From the NCBI GenBank assembly GCA_907165135.1, contig OU015566.1, positions 9,176,001-9,240,000 of the forward strand: a DNA stretch of 64,000 nt. The letters run 5' to 3'. The stretch is from Oikopleura dioica (lineage: Eukaryota; Animalia; Chordata). Numbering within the stretch: the stretch's first letter is position 1; every line of letters begins with the position of its first letter. This document shows positions 26,501 through 40,412 of the stretch, one piece after another. The notes beneath the pieces were generated by a model. That model was not told the origin of the DNA, did no database searches, and was given only the letters and a program-made list of their open reading frames with translations. The position numbers and the translations under genes were made by a program.

Positions 26501-28532
26501 CAAGGGCTTTCTTTTCTGTTTTGAAATAAATGTATTGATAGTTGCGGCGAGCAAATTCGCTGGAAAGGAAGTTGAATTTCTCCAGGTTCGAAATTAAAGC
26601 TGCAATCCGTCAATGGGGCCCGCCTTGAGCGGAAGCGGCCGAGGTCCTTCTTGAGCGACTCACAAAAACATAATTACAACCCGTTGCCTTTAGTCTGCTT
26701 GGTTACCTTCTATTCCATTCGAAAAAGGCACTAACTCACGTAAACTTGCAATTATAATTACCCGGATTTGTTCGTTGATGTTTTGTCCGCTCCCTTAATC
26801 CTATCTCTTCGAGAAAATTTTCACCGAAAATTTCGTGTATTTTAAGTTCGTTTTAAAGTACCTTTAGTTCGAACTCTCGAATTTATTTTCACTAGAGATT
26901 TTTCTTCTAAAAAGAAATAAAATCGTAAGACACCGGTAAATCACTGTTCCATAGAAAAGTGTTACCAGCAAATTCATTAGAGCGCTAGAATCGGATCGAG
27001 CTGGCTTCCGGATTAAAAATTACACCGAAGGCCCCTTCCTGCTCCTTGTTGGAACAAGACCGGTTAACCACGAATTTTCGCACCAATTTCGATCCAACTT
27101 CGAACAATTCTCTTTCCGCGGTCGAGTTTGCGGAACAATTCTTACATAACAAAATAATCCACAATTATTTCGTTTCTTTTTCTGGTCACTTTGAGTTGTT
27201 TTAAGTTGGGGGCGGAAAATTTTCGCGGTTGTGAAAATTCACGAAAACTGGAAAACTTCGAAAACTTGGCTCCATGAAGGAGCAGGTGAAGTTGAACTAG
27301 TCGGACTTTGGTCGCATTACTGACTCACTTTTTTGTGTCTGTTATTTCAAATAGAAAGCTCTGAGCTAAAAATCAGGGTTCAGAGGTTTTTAAATTGTTC
27401 TCGTTTTCGGAAGAGGTTATACTGATAATATACAGCTCACGCGTTCTAGCCACATTCCTTCGACATTTTTCGTAGCTTTCGGCGATCCGATCCGTTTTGT
27501 TTTTGATCCGTTGCTAAAATACAATCAGTAATGAGAGGCAAGAAGCAATTTTGATCGTGTGTTGTGCATTTATTTGCAGCACACGTTGAATTATGTTCAC
27601 ACGACTCGACGCAGAGGGTTGATGCGGTTTTACGAGCACTAGTTATCGCTCAGTTTAATTAACGAATGATATGATAACTTACCCGCTTTTGGTACCGAAA
27701 AAAAATTATTTGAAGCGCTTTCGTAATTTTTAAATACCATAATTTGAAAAAAATAAAACAGGAAAAAACACGATTTATAAAAAATAAGGGTGTCACTAAT
27801 TTAAAAAAAAGCTGGTCCAAATAGCCGTTTTTAGAATCAAAATTGCGGTGTGACGATTTTTTTGTTAATTTTGAATTTGAACATCAATTTTATTTTTTCT
27901 TCTTTTTTCACAACGGTTGATAATTCATAAACAATGTGAAAAACGTGGTTCGAGAGCAAAACCACTAATTCCGAAAATATTATTTTAGAATTTGAACACT
28001 CTTCCTCGCCTATTAGAAAAAAATTCTCGTTAGAACGTACCCGAGGAATTTGACCCGCGCCGACCTGCCAGGAACAAACCTATTTAGCACTGGGTTTTGA
28101 GCTTTGATGCTCAAGAGTATCCGCACGTTTAGTGCTTGAGAGAAAAAGATCAAGTTATAAAACTCGTCGAACCTCAGAGCTCTTCAAAGAAGTGGCTGTG
28201 GCTGGTCTAACAATATTTAAAAAGTGAGATTTTCAGAATCCCTTTCTTAGAGTTTCTTTTTTTTTTTCTTCTCGATTTTTGATTAATTAAGGGTCTCGAC
28301 ATAGTTATTAAGACTGGACGGGAAAGAAAATTTCAGAGTAAGGGTCTTTGATGAGATTTTTGACAGGTCCAGTTTGGTTCTTCAAGGGAAGGTGAGCATC
28401 TTAATCGAGTTTATTCAAAATCATGTTTTTAAAGCACATCCGTCAGGATATTCTCACGCTTCGAGTTTTTCGTGAAAAACAAGATTCGAATGTTGCTAAA
28501 GGAAATGATCTTCAGAAAAAGATAGATTGAAT

Positions 28533-28784
28533 TTATCGAACGAGTTTTCTCTTGTTCCACTTTGATGAGTGGAATTGCTCTAGTTCTCGTGCCCATTGTT
28601 TGTTCAACCCTTTTTGCAGTGAGTGGGGGGTGCTCTTGACTGGTTCGTTGGAAGTGTGTTCTAAGCTTTTAATTAATTTTCGACTCACCTTGAAATTTTC
28701 CGCGCGGTTGTCTCTGCTGAGCACGTCCTTGATGTAGAAATCGGCCCAAGCGGCAGCCACATCGGAGAGCTTCGTCAGAACCAT
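28533..28784 (-). CDS. Possible exon(s) of an unidentified gene
   Basis: ATG ORF MVLTKLSDVAAAWADFYIKDVLSRDNRAENFK followed by a consensus donor AAG|GTGAGT. Other exon-like fragments lie at about 25.3-26.3 kb (-) but could not be joined confidently. Confidence 0.3.
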   Translation of the reverse strand: MVLTKLSDVAAAWADFYIKDVLSRDNRAENFKVSRKLIKSLEHTSNEPVKSTPHSLQKGLNKQWARELEQFHSSKWNKRKLVR

Positions 28785-29445
28785 CCGCGAGTTTGGAGCT
28801 TGGCTATCTGTGCCTGTATTATTGGTTGCGAATTTTTGTTAACAAAAATTTCGTATTAAAAATGCTTTCCGCTGAAGTTTGACTTTGAAAACTTTTGAAG
28901 AATTTTTTTAATAAAATGGTATTTAAGTTTTGTTTTTTTCTGATAATTTAAAATATTTTTTTTTTGCGAAGGAATTAAACTGAAAAACTCCCGATGTTCA
29001 TTTGTCCGATAGAAACATTTTAAAACCATCTGGCAGCGAGTTACCTTTAGTCGTAATTACTTTCACTTTTTCCAAAATCGGCAGTGACGCACTCAGGTGC
29101 TTAGCGAGGGAAGTGACCGTGCAGATAGCGCAGCTGAACCACCTCGCTAGCTTGGTTTGCTAAATTGCGAAAAAAAAAAAAATTTCGCCCATCGAAAAAT
29201 TTCTGAACGTTTCCAAAATTGGAATGGCGCTGCTATTAATGAAAGAATGCGGCACAGGTCTCTTTTCGTAACACTGGAGATCGCGTGAATTTTTTCACGA
29301 TTTTCGGAATTTCGCGCTGTTCTCACGGCTAGAACAAAGTGCGCGGAAATTAAAGGTCGGATGACGATAAGAAAAAAGGCGAAAGATTACGACAAAAAAG
29401 TTTAATCAGCACTTTTTCGACATTGAAATTGGATCAGAAAAATTA

Positions 29446-32417
29446 CTAATCCTAGACGTCGTAGTTTGACTTCAGAAGTTTTTGGAGTGTTTTGAGGCCA
29501 AGCTGAAGAAAGAAATACTTGAAAATTGGACTGATTCTTGGCTTCCCTTTCTGTCCCTGTAAGACAAAGAAAATTTCGAAAATTTCGTAATTGGAGGTCG
29601 GGTAATTTTGAATTTTAATCGGAAGTTGCTCTAGAGTGATCAGCTCCCCGGCGCGGGAATGTACCTTTAGAATGTTAACGAGCTCGTCCATTTACTTGCT
29701 GCTCAGCTCCTCTTCGCAGAAGAATAAATTCAAATCCGAAAATGAATGAATCGAGCTTTTTTGTTTATTTTTAGTCGGCCTGTTTTCGTGAAATAAATTT
29801 TATTTTCCATATGTGTAAATGAGATAAATAAAGAATCATTATTCAATTGAAAGCTTTTAGCTGACAGGCTCGTTTTAAAAAAACACAGGTTAATTATTTA
29901 ATTACGCGGGCTTTATTTAGAGACTGATTTCGAAAACAGTGAGTATTTTGATTAAAAAAATGGAAAATTTTTTTTCAATTCTTTTTGTTAACAACTATCA
30001 ATCATTGGAAAATACGTTTACAACCGGCAAAATTGAAAGATTCAAGAAACGGAAAGCGGAAGAAATCCGCCGGAAATAAAATTTCCCCGGGCGTCTAACA
30101 CGAATTTATTTCGCATTCTTCAATGTCACGCTCAATTTTCTCTCGCGTAAAACTACGCTTTCGAACTCAGGCCCAAGTGTCTCTACCTTGTCATTCGTAG
30201 GAGATAACTTTCGTCGTTTTAACGTGTACAAAAGTAACTAATTACCGTTTGGCTCTTTGGCCATTTCCTGTCGCTCTTATCTTTGTCCATGGGTGAGTGG
30301 GTCAATAAAACAATTCATCTCTCCATAAGATTCAGTACTTATTCGTTCATAAAGCAACGTGGTCCGAGTTTAATCCAGATTAAAAACAATCGAATGTTTC
30401 AATTTCATTTGGCATTACCGAGATGAACGATATTTTTCTTTAAATTATTCCAATTCGGTTTGATTCCGATTTTAATTGGATTCGAACGTGATCGTTCTCC
30501 TTTTTTCCGCAGATTTTAGATAATCAGCGACTTTGGACCCTGCTCTGGGATATCCCTTCCATTTCGACTACACGTCACATCCCCGAAGAGTGGATATCCT
30601 CCAACACGTCCCTCATCCCTTTTTCTTCATTATCAGAAAACTTCATCTACACTTGTAAATTATCACGTTTACGATTTGAAAAGTAGGACGTTTTGTCGTG
30701 GAACTTGGAAGTTTCAGCTTTGACCACTCAAAAGATCGAGTTCAACCCTTTTCTTGCAAGTTTTTCACTATCTGCAAGTTTATTATCACAGGCAGGCGAG
30801 TGTTGACGCAAAATGTTGGTTTCTTGAAAAGGCGACTAAGGAGATAGCAGATGCTTTTCCATTTCTTTCAAAAATAAATTGATGATTAAAAAGAGAAATA
30901 AGTGACGAAGAAGGACTCTTATCACGGTTTCAAAAAGTGGGATGATGACGAATTATATCATTACTGTAATTTTACGGAATGAAATTTCGCACCAAAACGT
31001 GACTAAAAATGACCGAGAAAAAAAAAGCGAAATTACGACAAAACCGCCCCAATTTAGGAATGGACTTTTGAGCGTCGTGATTCTGGCCACAGAGTAGAAT
31101 TGCGGAATTTTGCGCAATTTGGACTGCGAGTCGTCTAGACCTGGAATTTTCTAGAGCAAAACAGATGGCCCGTGATCGCAAGATTAGTCCGGTCTGTTGT
31201 GGTAAAAGTGCTGACCCACGGGAAATTTTTGAGGAAAAGACAGCCAACGCAGTTCTTTTCTGGTTAGAAAAATGGGCACGTGGATCAGATTTTGGTAACA
31301 CATTTTTGGACTCGCTCCGATCGTCCTGTAGTTCTCTATAAAAATGCTGCCTTAGTAGGCGTATCGATGAAATCTTTAAATGAGGGGTTATTTTCTCAAC
31401 GCTTCTCGATCAAAATCATAACTCGCATAGCCAGTGATTCCCGCGAATTGAACTTGTCTTTTTCAAATACCTCGGTCAGATTCTAGCTCATTATCAAACA
31501 TGTGCGCGACTGTAATTACGCTTCTGACGTTTTCTGATAGCTGTAATTGCGGTCGATGGAAGGAACTCGCCTGTTGCAGCCTTTATTCGATTCGAAATTT
31601 GATTAATCAAATTGATTTATCAAGACATTTCATATCAAATTGACAGAACGCAAAAACGCTGGCGCTAGAATGCAGAGTGTTCGTTTTGTGATATTTTCTC
31701 GCGTTCTCAGGAATTTTAAAGACCCTCTTTTACCGAGTTTTCACGTTTATTTCGACTCCCGTCAAGATTATGCTTTGTAAACAGCTTTAGACGATTTACG
31801 AATACAAAATCTTAACACTCTTCTTTCTCATCTTTTTCTAAGAGAGAGTTAAATTTTGGGTTCGGGAAAGGGTTAGGGGTACCCTTAAAAAGCAGAAGAA
31901 CCGATAAGCTTTGAATATTATCGCTCCTTATTCTGAATCCCTTCAGATTTGATCTTCAGGTCAGACTTGTTTCAAAGAACCCTGATTAGACCCTCCATGA
32001 AAAAATATTTTTCAATCATTCAAACTCGCGGAGCGATTAACCCCCGTGATTCGTTCATATTCGCGCGAATTCTAGCGCACGTTCCAGTTAATCTCTCGCT
32101 GCACTTTGCGACCGCAGATTGGACTCACTCATCAGATTTTCGCCTTTAACGCGAGCTGTCTTCCACTCAGCCCTTGGCGAGGATGCGAAATCGAATGAAT
32201 AATAATTGAATAATTCGCGAAATCGAGACGATAAAAATGCCCACTCTAAACTCGGCGGCTCTGACAGCCCCGTGGTTTTTAAAGTTGAAATATTCCTCAA
32301 GTCAGGGGAACGAAAACGAATATTAATGAGAGGGCGAACTTTCATTATCTACCCAAAGCGAATTCCTCGAAAATTCATAAATTCTCGGTGAAGTCAAACT
32401 ACGACGGCTAGGGTTAG
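29446..32417. mobile_element. Possible ~3-kb TA-flanked non-autonomous TIR element
   Basis: CTAATCCTAGACGTCGTAGTTTGACTTCA (29446-29474) and the inverted TGAAGTCAAACTACGACGGCTAGGGTTAG (32389-32417) are each bounded by TA. A third copy of the motif is at 34013-34041. Confidence 0.45.
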
Positions 32418-35400
32418 TAAATTCACTCTTCTACTGATGTTGCTCCGAAATAACTTCCAAGCGGGAAAAGTAGCTTGAACCCTTGATTAGGTATTTCAAA
32501 TGCGGTCTTTTAGGAACCCTTTCTTTCGTTTGAGAGAAAGAAACTCGCTTTCACATTAATGTTTCCCTTGAAAGTTAACCATGAGAAGAATGGTCAAGAG
32601 CATTCTAAAGATGATCCTCTCTCCTCAAGTCGCAATTTCGCAGAGAGATCGAAAAACGCGCCTTATCTCGGCGCGACGTGAAAACAAACTGTACGTCTAG
32701 TATTTTCGAACAAGTTTCTGTTTCCGCTGCGACCGCGCCGCTCTCACTTGAGACTGATAAATATTTTTCTCTTATCATCTCTCTTTAATTTGATTGATCA
32801 AGGGGACGCACGTTGTTTGGACGTCAAGGCCGAAATTTTGCCCAGCGAAGCCGAATTTTCATTATCATCAAAAGGGCCATCAAGCAAAAAATAACGAGAT
32901 AAGAAAAACGAAAACAAGGAAGATATATTCCTCTGAGTGTCGAACTCGTAATCGAACTTGAATGACCGGAAGAAAGCAAAGACAATATTTGACGCCAAAA
33001 TTTTCGAAGACTTTTTTGTGTTTTCGAGGAAAAGGTGAAGGCAACATCTTCACATTTAAATTAAACAAAGGACACTTATATTAATGCGGAATGCTTCGGA
33101 AAGGGCGATTAAGGCTGGTTTCATCTTCAATTTGGCGGTCAATCACATTCGTCGCCAATGAGAGTAAATGACAAACCGTGGCGGTTGGATTAGCCAAATC
33201 GCCCGTTTGTCTTTCTTCTCCGCCGAATCGCCTTCCGAGACACGTTTTTCGGGCCCTTTCAACGCCACTTATCCAAATAAACCAAAAAAGAAACATTGTT
33301 TTTGACATGATTGGATGATTTGGACAGGGCTTTTTCGGACCTTCAAAAATCGTAACATCAGTCAACTTGGATCCCAGGATCTGTGAACTTTTCCTGTCAA
33401 CAAGAATGATATGGTTAAGTTAGAGTTAAACTCCTTCAGAGAGTTGTATCATCACGTGAACATCATCGAGAATGCCGAAGAAGACAACCGCTTTTGTAAG
33501 AATCGATCATTCTCGATCATCAATTCAAGCCGACTCGATAATCGAAAAGTATCATTTTTTTTTCTTTGAACTTGAAAAGACGAAAAGACGCTATCCGAAG
33601 TTCCCTTTGTGAGCTCTGAAAAACTGCAGTATCAGCGATACTTTCTCAAGGGATTTTAGAGCCGCATTAATCAACTGGAGCCTGGGGAGGAATTAAGATA
33701 ACTCTGAGCTTTCGTTTAGCTCGATATCTTCGCTTTGCTCCTGTAACGTTTCTGGTCGTTCCAGTATCTACCTTTTCTCCTTTTCTAAGTTCAGAAATGC
33801 GCCAGACTAAACGAGGTTAAACCGTAAGCACGTTAGATTTGTTGCTTCTTGAATCAGATAGACTTGAAGTTACCCTCCGCAAGAACAACGCAGACAGGTG
33901 CCAGGACGAGGCAAACTTGAATCCAAATTGTAATCGGATAGGAATTCTAGAGCCGCTTCGAAATTGCGTCATGAGCGTGCCCAAACGCATGCGGCATGCC
34001 TTTACCGGTTTACTAACCGAGGTCGTCGTAGTTTGACTTCAAGAAAATCCGTTAAAATGGACCTGTAGGAAGCGTCTGACTAGCAAGTTTCTCGTCCATT
34101 TCCGGTAGACACACTTTAGAAATTCCTTGCTTTCCGGCGGGAAGTAGAGTTTTTGCCCTGCCGCCTTAGCTTGTCAGCTTCGCGATTCAAGGTTAAAGTC
34201 AACACGGGGTCATCAATGATTTTCTGACTCGGTCGCTTCTCGGCAAAACCGCGAAGATGAAAACAGTAGCTCAAACGAAATCTACCGCGGTGAAGATGCG
34301 TGGTGCGAAGCGGCTAATTCTGATTTTGCAGGGAAAATCAAGGGGAAAGAGGTTTGGTTGAGCTTGTTTTGTTTAAAAGGCGCATTAGGACAGCTAGGCC
34401 AAGTTTACATGTGACTAGTATATGGTGATTGAAGATGAGCAAGGGTTTAGTCAGAAATTCGAGAAATGCGATGAGTTTTACGAACAATAATCCATCAATG
34501 GCAGTCTTATAATGAACGAATTATGTAGAAAAAATGATGAATTCTTTAAAAGATAAAACAATGCTTCTGATGTCTTTTTCATAATCCGCCATTTTCTAGC
34601 GCTCGTAATTTCACGTTCCGAAGCCCCAGTCCGATGAATTAGCCGAATAAAATTCTTTATGCTCGCATGTTTCCGGTAATTCAGCGAAATGCAGAATTTA
34701 ACGCTTGTAACGAAAATCGCGGACCGATGAAAAAAAGGCGTGGATTTGTCGTTGTTTCAAATTTTATCGGAAAGTGCGACTGTTTTTGTCAATTTTGTTT
34801 TGATGAGCGGCGAAGATCGCGCGAAATATTTCTCAATTAAATTAGCGCCGCCGATATATTTTGGCCAAATATTCAAAAGCTCGATTATTCTGATCATCGC
34901 CAAATAAACTTGAAATTCGAAATTGCATCTTGCCGCTCCTTGACTGTGCCACGTAGGTAGCGGCTTCCGGGGAAGTTCACTTTTAGAAAAAAAGGGGCAG
35001 GATAGTTGATTTAGCAAGTGTCAGAACAGGCACTTTCAAGAACCGGTTGGAAGGGAAAGAGCAAGAAATCAAAATCCGACCTTTTTAAGAAATTATTTTC
35101 CTTAAATTTTCAGCTAAAATCCTGATAAAATTTTATTGATAATAATATTTTCATGATTTGTATATTAATTGATATTTATACTTTCGAGAAGAAAAAAGAA
35201 TTCTACAGCTGTTTTTAAAGCTTCAAATCATATAAAAATGAATGAATCTAAAAAAACGGAATTATTGGTTTTTGAAATGATTACTTTTTTCTGAAAAAAA
35301 TAATTGTAAAAATTATCTACGAAAAAATAAGTTTGATCAAATTTCCCTTTTTAAAGTGACAAAAACATAATATGAATTTAGATATTTAAGACTCTTTAAT

Positions 35401-38400
35401 ATATTTTTTTGAATTGTAAAAATTGAATTTTCGAATTCGTAAGACCACTTTTTTGCATGGTAAAAATCTATGTTTCCCAAGAAAAATATACAACCAAGCC
35501 TGTAGCAGCGAGTGACAAAAGAAAAGAGATCTTCATCGTTTTCGATTTATATAAAGCTAGTATTTATGATAAACCGAAAATATATTTCTCGTGTGTTCTT
35601 TCTTTGTCAGTTCTTTTTTCGTTCTCTGTGGAGTTCTGCTGCTACTCAAAAAGGTGGAAAAAGCACGGAAGGGCTTATTTTGAATCAATGAAGAAGAAAG
35701 TAAGAAATTGCTGGTCGAGAGTCGCGTCAATGACGATCGCGACCACTCGCGGCTTTGGCTCAAGAGCGCCGCGCAGCACGGCGCGGACTAGACGGAGCCA
35801 GTGAGTTAAAAATGACGAGAAACAGAAAGGAAAGAAAAGATTGCGAAGACTTCAAATTCACGGTGAAGAACAAGAAAGTATACGAAGAAGGACGTTGATC
35901 ATAAGTTATTCATAACGTATCATTACTGGTCTTGGACCGATTAATTAATCCGGATTTGTTTTTACTTAGAATTTGGCCTCAAATTTGAAGAATCCCCCTT
36001 TTTACGAAGGAAAAATATTACGCTAAAATTCTTCTTTTGGGCGAATGCCTCCTTTGAGGAAAAAAAGTTCCAGTCTAAAATCAAGAAATATAAGATATGC
36101 AGAAATATGACAAGTTCACAAGTTCTTATCTTGTCATTTTTGAAAATTCGACGTGTTTGAATTTACAGTATCTTGGCTGTTGGACAGTATCGCCTCATCT
36201 TTTTGGAACGTTTTTCCGAACTTTTGGTCAATGAAATCTAAGCGCTCTTTTAGCTGTGAAATTTCGTGAGCTTTAAATATAATTTCACAATTTTAAAATT
36301 AAAATCAAATTCAAATTAAGTAAGGTGGGATTAACGCCGGGCTAATGACGCAAAATGAACAAGATACAGATATTTATCTCAGCAGTTGCCGGGTTAACTT
36401 TTCGCAACTTTGTTTACATGATTACTTACGCTTTTAGCCGATTAATAAATCACTTTGTTTTACTCACGACTATCATGATTTCATGATTTGAGTGCAAAAA
36501 GTCACCTCGGCCTACTTGTAGATGGCGTCTATTGAGCAATTAATTGAAGCGAGAATGGTTGAATCCTGCTGTTTTAGAAAAAGGGGGCTTGCAACTGGAG
36601 TTAACCTGAGAAAGCCGCGCTCATCAAGCTGGATGAAAATTAGATTGCCCAACAAGAAACCTTCACGCGCAGATGATCCCTTACTGGAAGCCCAACTTAA
36701 TCTTAAGGTTTTTACTCACTTACCATTTCGTGGCATCACGTGACTCAGAGTCAACGTGCAGGAAACACCGAGAGCGACGAAAACGGACAGAAAGAATGCG
36801 CTTTTGAAGAAGGATTCCAGCCTGTCGAAAATGTGAAAAGAGGACATCTGTATGCTAACTTTAATTGGTGGGCTTTCGCGGGAAACGTACCGCAGAAAAC
36901 GAGTTAGAAAGTTGCTTTTATTTTCCAGAAAGATGTCTTTTTTTAACCTCTTTGCGCAAAAAGCCCTCTTTTTTGGCAATTATCCTTTTTTTTCTTAAAA
37001 AACAATTTTATTGCCTCATTTGTTTGTTCAAAAATTTTCGCTTCCGAAATCGTTGAAATCATTAAAATAACAATTTAGTATCTCCCGATCAAAAACTCGT
37101 ACCGCTTCATTTCAGTCCATCAATTTGCTGTGAACGATATTTTCCGTAGCTAGAAAACCCGTATCATTTCACGAAAGAGCCGCATCAAAACGAGACTTTC
37201 ATCTTGAAGAATTAACGCCGCGGCAGGTGACTGCTCCGATAATAGCGCAGCGGGGGCTCACAGACGCAGATTTGTTTTATTTAAAAAAAATCCATTCAAG
37301 GAATTTTAGAGACTCAATTTTTGAATTATAAAAAATCACGATCTTTTATTATAACTTCCTCAATAAAATGAGACACATTTTTTTTAGAGTTTTTACAAGA
37401 TAAAGCGTGAAATTTCAAAGCGAAAAGGATGACGAGCGGAAGGCGATTTGTTTGCGTTGTTTAGGGGCTTTATCGCACCTCGGAAAATGCGCGTTACGTG
37501 GAATGGAATCAGATTCTAATGGATTTAAATTCGAACGTTACTTCACCTTATCTGTCTTTTCTCTCAAAATAACTCGAATTTTAACTGAACGAAAAGCCAC
37601 GAAAAACCTTTGACCCTTTGACTCAAGAACTTTTGTTAAAAAAAAAATAGACAGATAACAATTAAGAAAGGAATTCTAGCTTCAAATTCTAGCGTTTGTG
37701 TTATCCTACCATGAAAAACTCAGCTTTGAATACCGTTCTTGCTCAACCTGAGAAGAGTCGAAATTAAGGTAGTTCTAAGAAAAGCCAAAACCAAAAGGGC
37801 CTTTTGTCCTGGGCGGTTTTTGGGCAAAATACCACCAGGTCAGCAATCCAGTAAATATTTAGAGAAGAGATGGAAAACAGAGACATTTTCATTTTTAGTT
37901 TATTATTTAATTTAGGCTTGCATAACGCGCCACACGTTCTAAGCCTTAACTTATCGTGAATGACAATAGTTTCGAGAAGGTGTCTTAGATAGGTTATAAC
38001 TTACAGCGCGAAATTGCGAACAAGCGGATATACAGCTAGAAAGTCAGCAGCACTTCCCAGGGATTGATTTAGAAGAACTCTTTGTTCAGAAAAAAAGTGA
38101 TCTTACTTTCTCACCGATTTTATCTTCATTTATGACAGTAAAAGGAACACCAGTAAACTTAACGGAAAGTATGATCCACTGTACTAAAGTGATCTATTAA
38201 ATCCTTATGAAAAATATCAAATTTCCCCCAAAAGTCCCTTCAAATTGTCATCCCCGGTAAAGTCCCTTAATTCTACGCACTGTAAGTTCGTCTTTTCATG
38301 ACTATCATTGGGCAACAAAGTTTTGTTTGAAAATACGCTGAGGCGACGTTATTTCTAAATCTGGACTTTTTCGTTTCATCCCGTATGCTAATCAACTTGC

Positions 38401-39169
38401 CAGTCGTTGAATATCCGACTCGTTCAAATTAACTCAACACGGCTCAGAAATAATGACCACCTCATTCCCCTTATCTCCTCAACTAAGAGCCTTAGCAATC
38501 TTGAATTCATAAATTATCAAAGATTGCAATTGACCAAATAGGCGTGAAAAAATTGACGAACTGAAATGACGATTCTTTGAAAAGCGCTTCGCCAGTGGAC
38601 TTGTGACAATCAAGGTGTCATTTTTGTCCATAATTAATTTATCCGCTCTTTCTTTTCTTATTCATTCCGGCTTCGGCAGCGGAAGACGATTAAATCGCCT
38701 GACAAACGGAGCGGTTTTCGACAATTTTCCTGATGAAAAACGTGGTGGTGTTTCTTCAAGAACCCGGCGAAATTTGCACATTTCCGAAAATCGAGGAAAA
38801 TCAAAATTTTTGATGAATTGTCGATCGTTTAGGCGGGCAACTGAGAATGACTGGATTAGCTTGGGCGATGTTATTCAAGCTGACGTTGGCCGAGCTTGTC
38901 CCAAATTGAATTGGTGGATGGTAAGTTCGAGCAAAAATTAATTTCTTCTGCAGCTGCGCTTGTGTGTCTTCTACTTCTTATCAAAATGCACTTCGGAAAC
39001 ATCTGCCCGCTCCACAAAAAAACTTACTTCGAGCTACGTGGAGGCAATTTTCAAATCAAATTAAAGAACCTGTTCCAAACTCGAAATGGCTTGAAATTTG
39101 GGAAATCTTCGACGAGCCGGGCGGACTTTAGCTCATGTAGATCATTTGAGGAGCGGTTATAATCTCCTG

Positions 39170-39400
39170 AACATTTGATAATATTTTAGATGTCGTGAAA
39201 CAGTTCTATGAAATTTCCATAATACAAATATTGAATAATTATAAATTATAATAGATTTTTATTAATTTTAATTTTAATATTATTTTTTTAATTTTATTTA
39301 ATTAATAATTATAAAAAATGATTATTATAATTTATAATAATTATTTTTTAAAATTAATTTAATTAACAAAGTATTATATTTTCGCTTCCTCAATGATTTA
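39170..39400. repeat. Extremely AT-rich low-complexity tract
   Basis: Almost only A and T (ATTATA/TTAATT-type runs) over about 200 bp. Confidence 0.7.
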
Positions 39401-40339
39401 ATGAAAAATGAGGCGTCGAAAATGAGTTATCTCAGACGGCAAATCCATCATTCTAATTCTTTCGCTGGTCGCTGGTAACCTTCGTTTTTCCATTCGGCCA
39501 AGTTTGCGCGACCGCGAATTTGAATGTTATCGACGACAATTGTGACAATTGTGAAATTCGCATTTAGACTTCGTTTTCGTTTTTTTTTTCTTATTTGCAG
39601 ATTTTTGCGAGGAGGTTTTTAAGCTGACTTTTGAGCGTAATGTATTTTGGAGCGGAAGGTGATGAGCGGCGTCCAAAATGAGCGCTCTAAAAAGGATGGT
39701 GAAAAATAACTTTGGAAGCTGTAAAATCCGCGCGTGGCGGAAAATTGAACAATCGCCGCGGAAGGCCACTTTCCGCCAAAATCGCTCTCGCTACTGTTTC
39801 TGCTTTGACCTGGCCTTAATTCGCGAAAATCCACGGAGCAGGCGAAATTGCGCCCGAGAAAGCTGCCCAGTGATAATTTATCGTTCAACACGTTCTCGAT
39901 GACAATTGGCATGCGACGCAAACGATTGTTGATCGCTCGGCAGAAATTCTAGCTGTTTAAAAAAACAGCGGCTGACAATGAGTGTTCTAGCAAAAGTGAA
40001 GGCGATTTTTTAAGAACGGCAAAGCCGCTCTTTTGTTTCGACTTTGTTAAAGCCGCTACGCGGCTTTTTATTTTAATATTGTGAAATGCTAATTGAGGTC
40101 TACAACCTTAACTTTTGAATTGAAGAGTGAGCAAGGTTTCGAATTTGCGGTGCTCATTTCACTTTTTAGAAGCCCGTACAAACTCGATTACAACGCGCGG
40201 CAGACGAAAAAGGAGGTTTATCTTGTGTGGTCAAGTGAACCCTTGCAAAATCGCGGTTCTGCTATTTATATGCGACACAGCTTTCTTGCAATAGAATAAA
40301 TTATTCTAGCTCCAGTTTTCGGCAATTTTTCAAAAGCTG

Positions 40340-40412
40340 CGCCCGATGTGGGACTCGAACCCACGACCGTTGGATTAAAAGTCCAACGCTCTACCGACTG
40401 AGCTAACCGGGC
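40340..40412 (-). tRNA. tRNA-Lys(TTT)
   Basis: The reverse complement is GCCCGGTTAGCTCAGTCGGTAGAGCGTTGGACTTTTAATCCAACGGTCGTGGGTTCGAGTCCCACATCGGGCG (73 nt), a canonical cloverleaf. Confidence 0.95.

Noticed and set aside
29099-29151. GC-rich hairpin as an ncRNA or Helitron end
   Set aside because: The stem is only about 10 bp, with no CTRR terminus or known ncRNA motif.
33081-33495. Exon-like frames on both strands (e.g. NDMVKLELNSFRELYHHVNIIENAEEDNRF|GTAAG)
   Set aside because: They could not be joined into a stop-free model, and the strand is ambiguous.
38850-39084. Exon pair around a consensus 33-nt intron (38921-38953)
   Set aside because: The intron looks real, but no start, stop or homology could be established, so it is not called as a gene.
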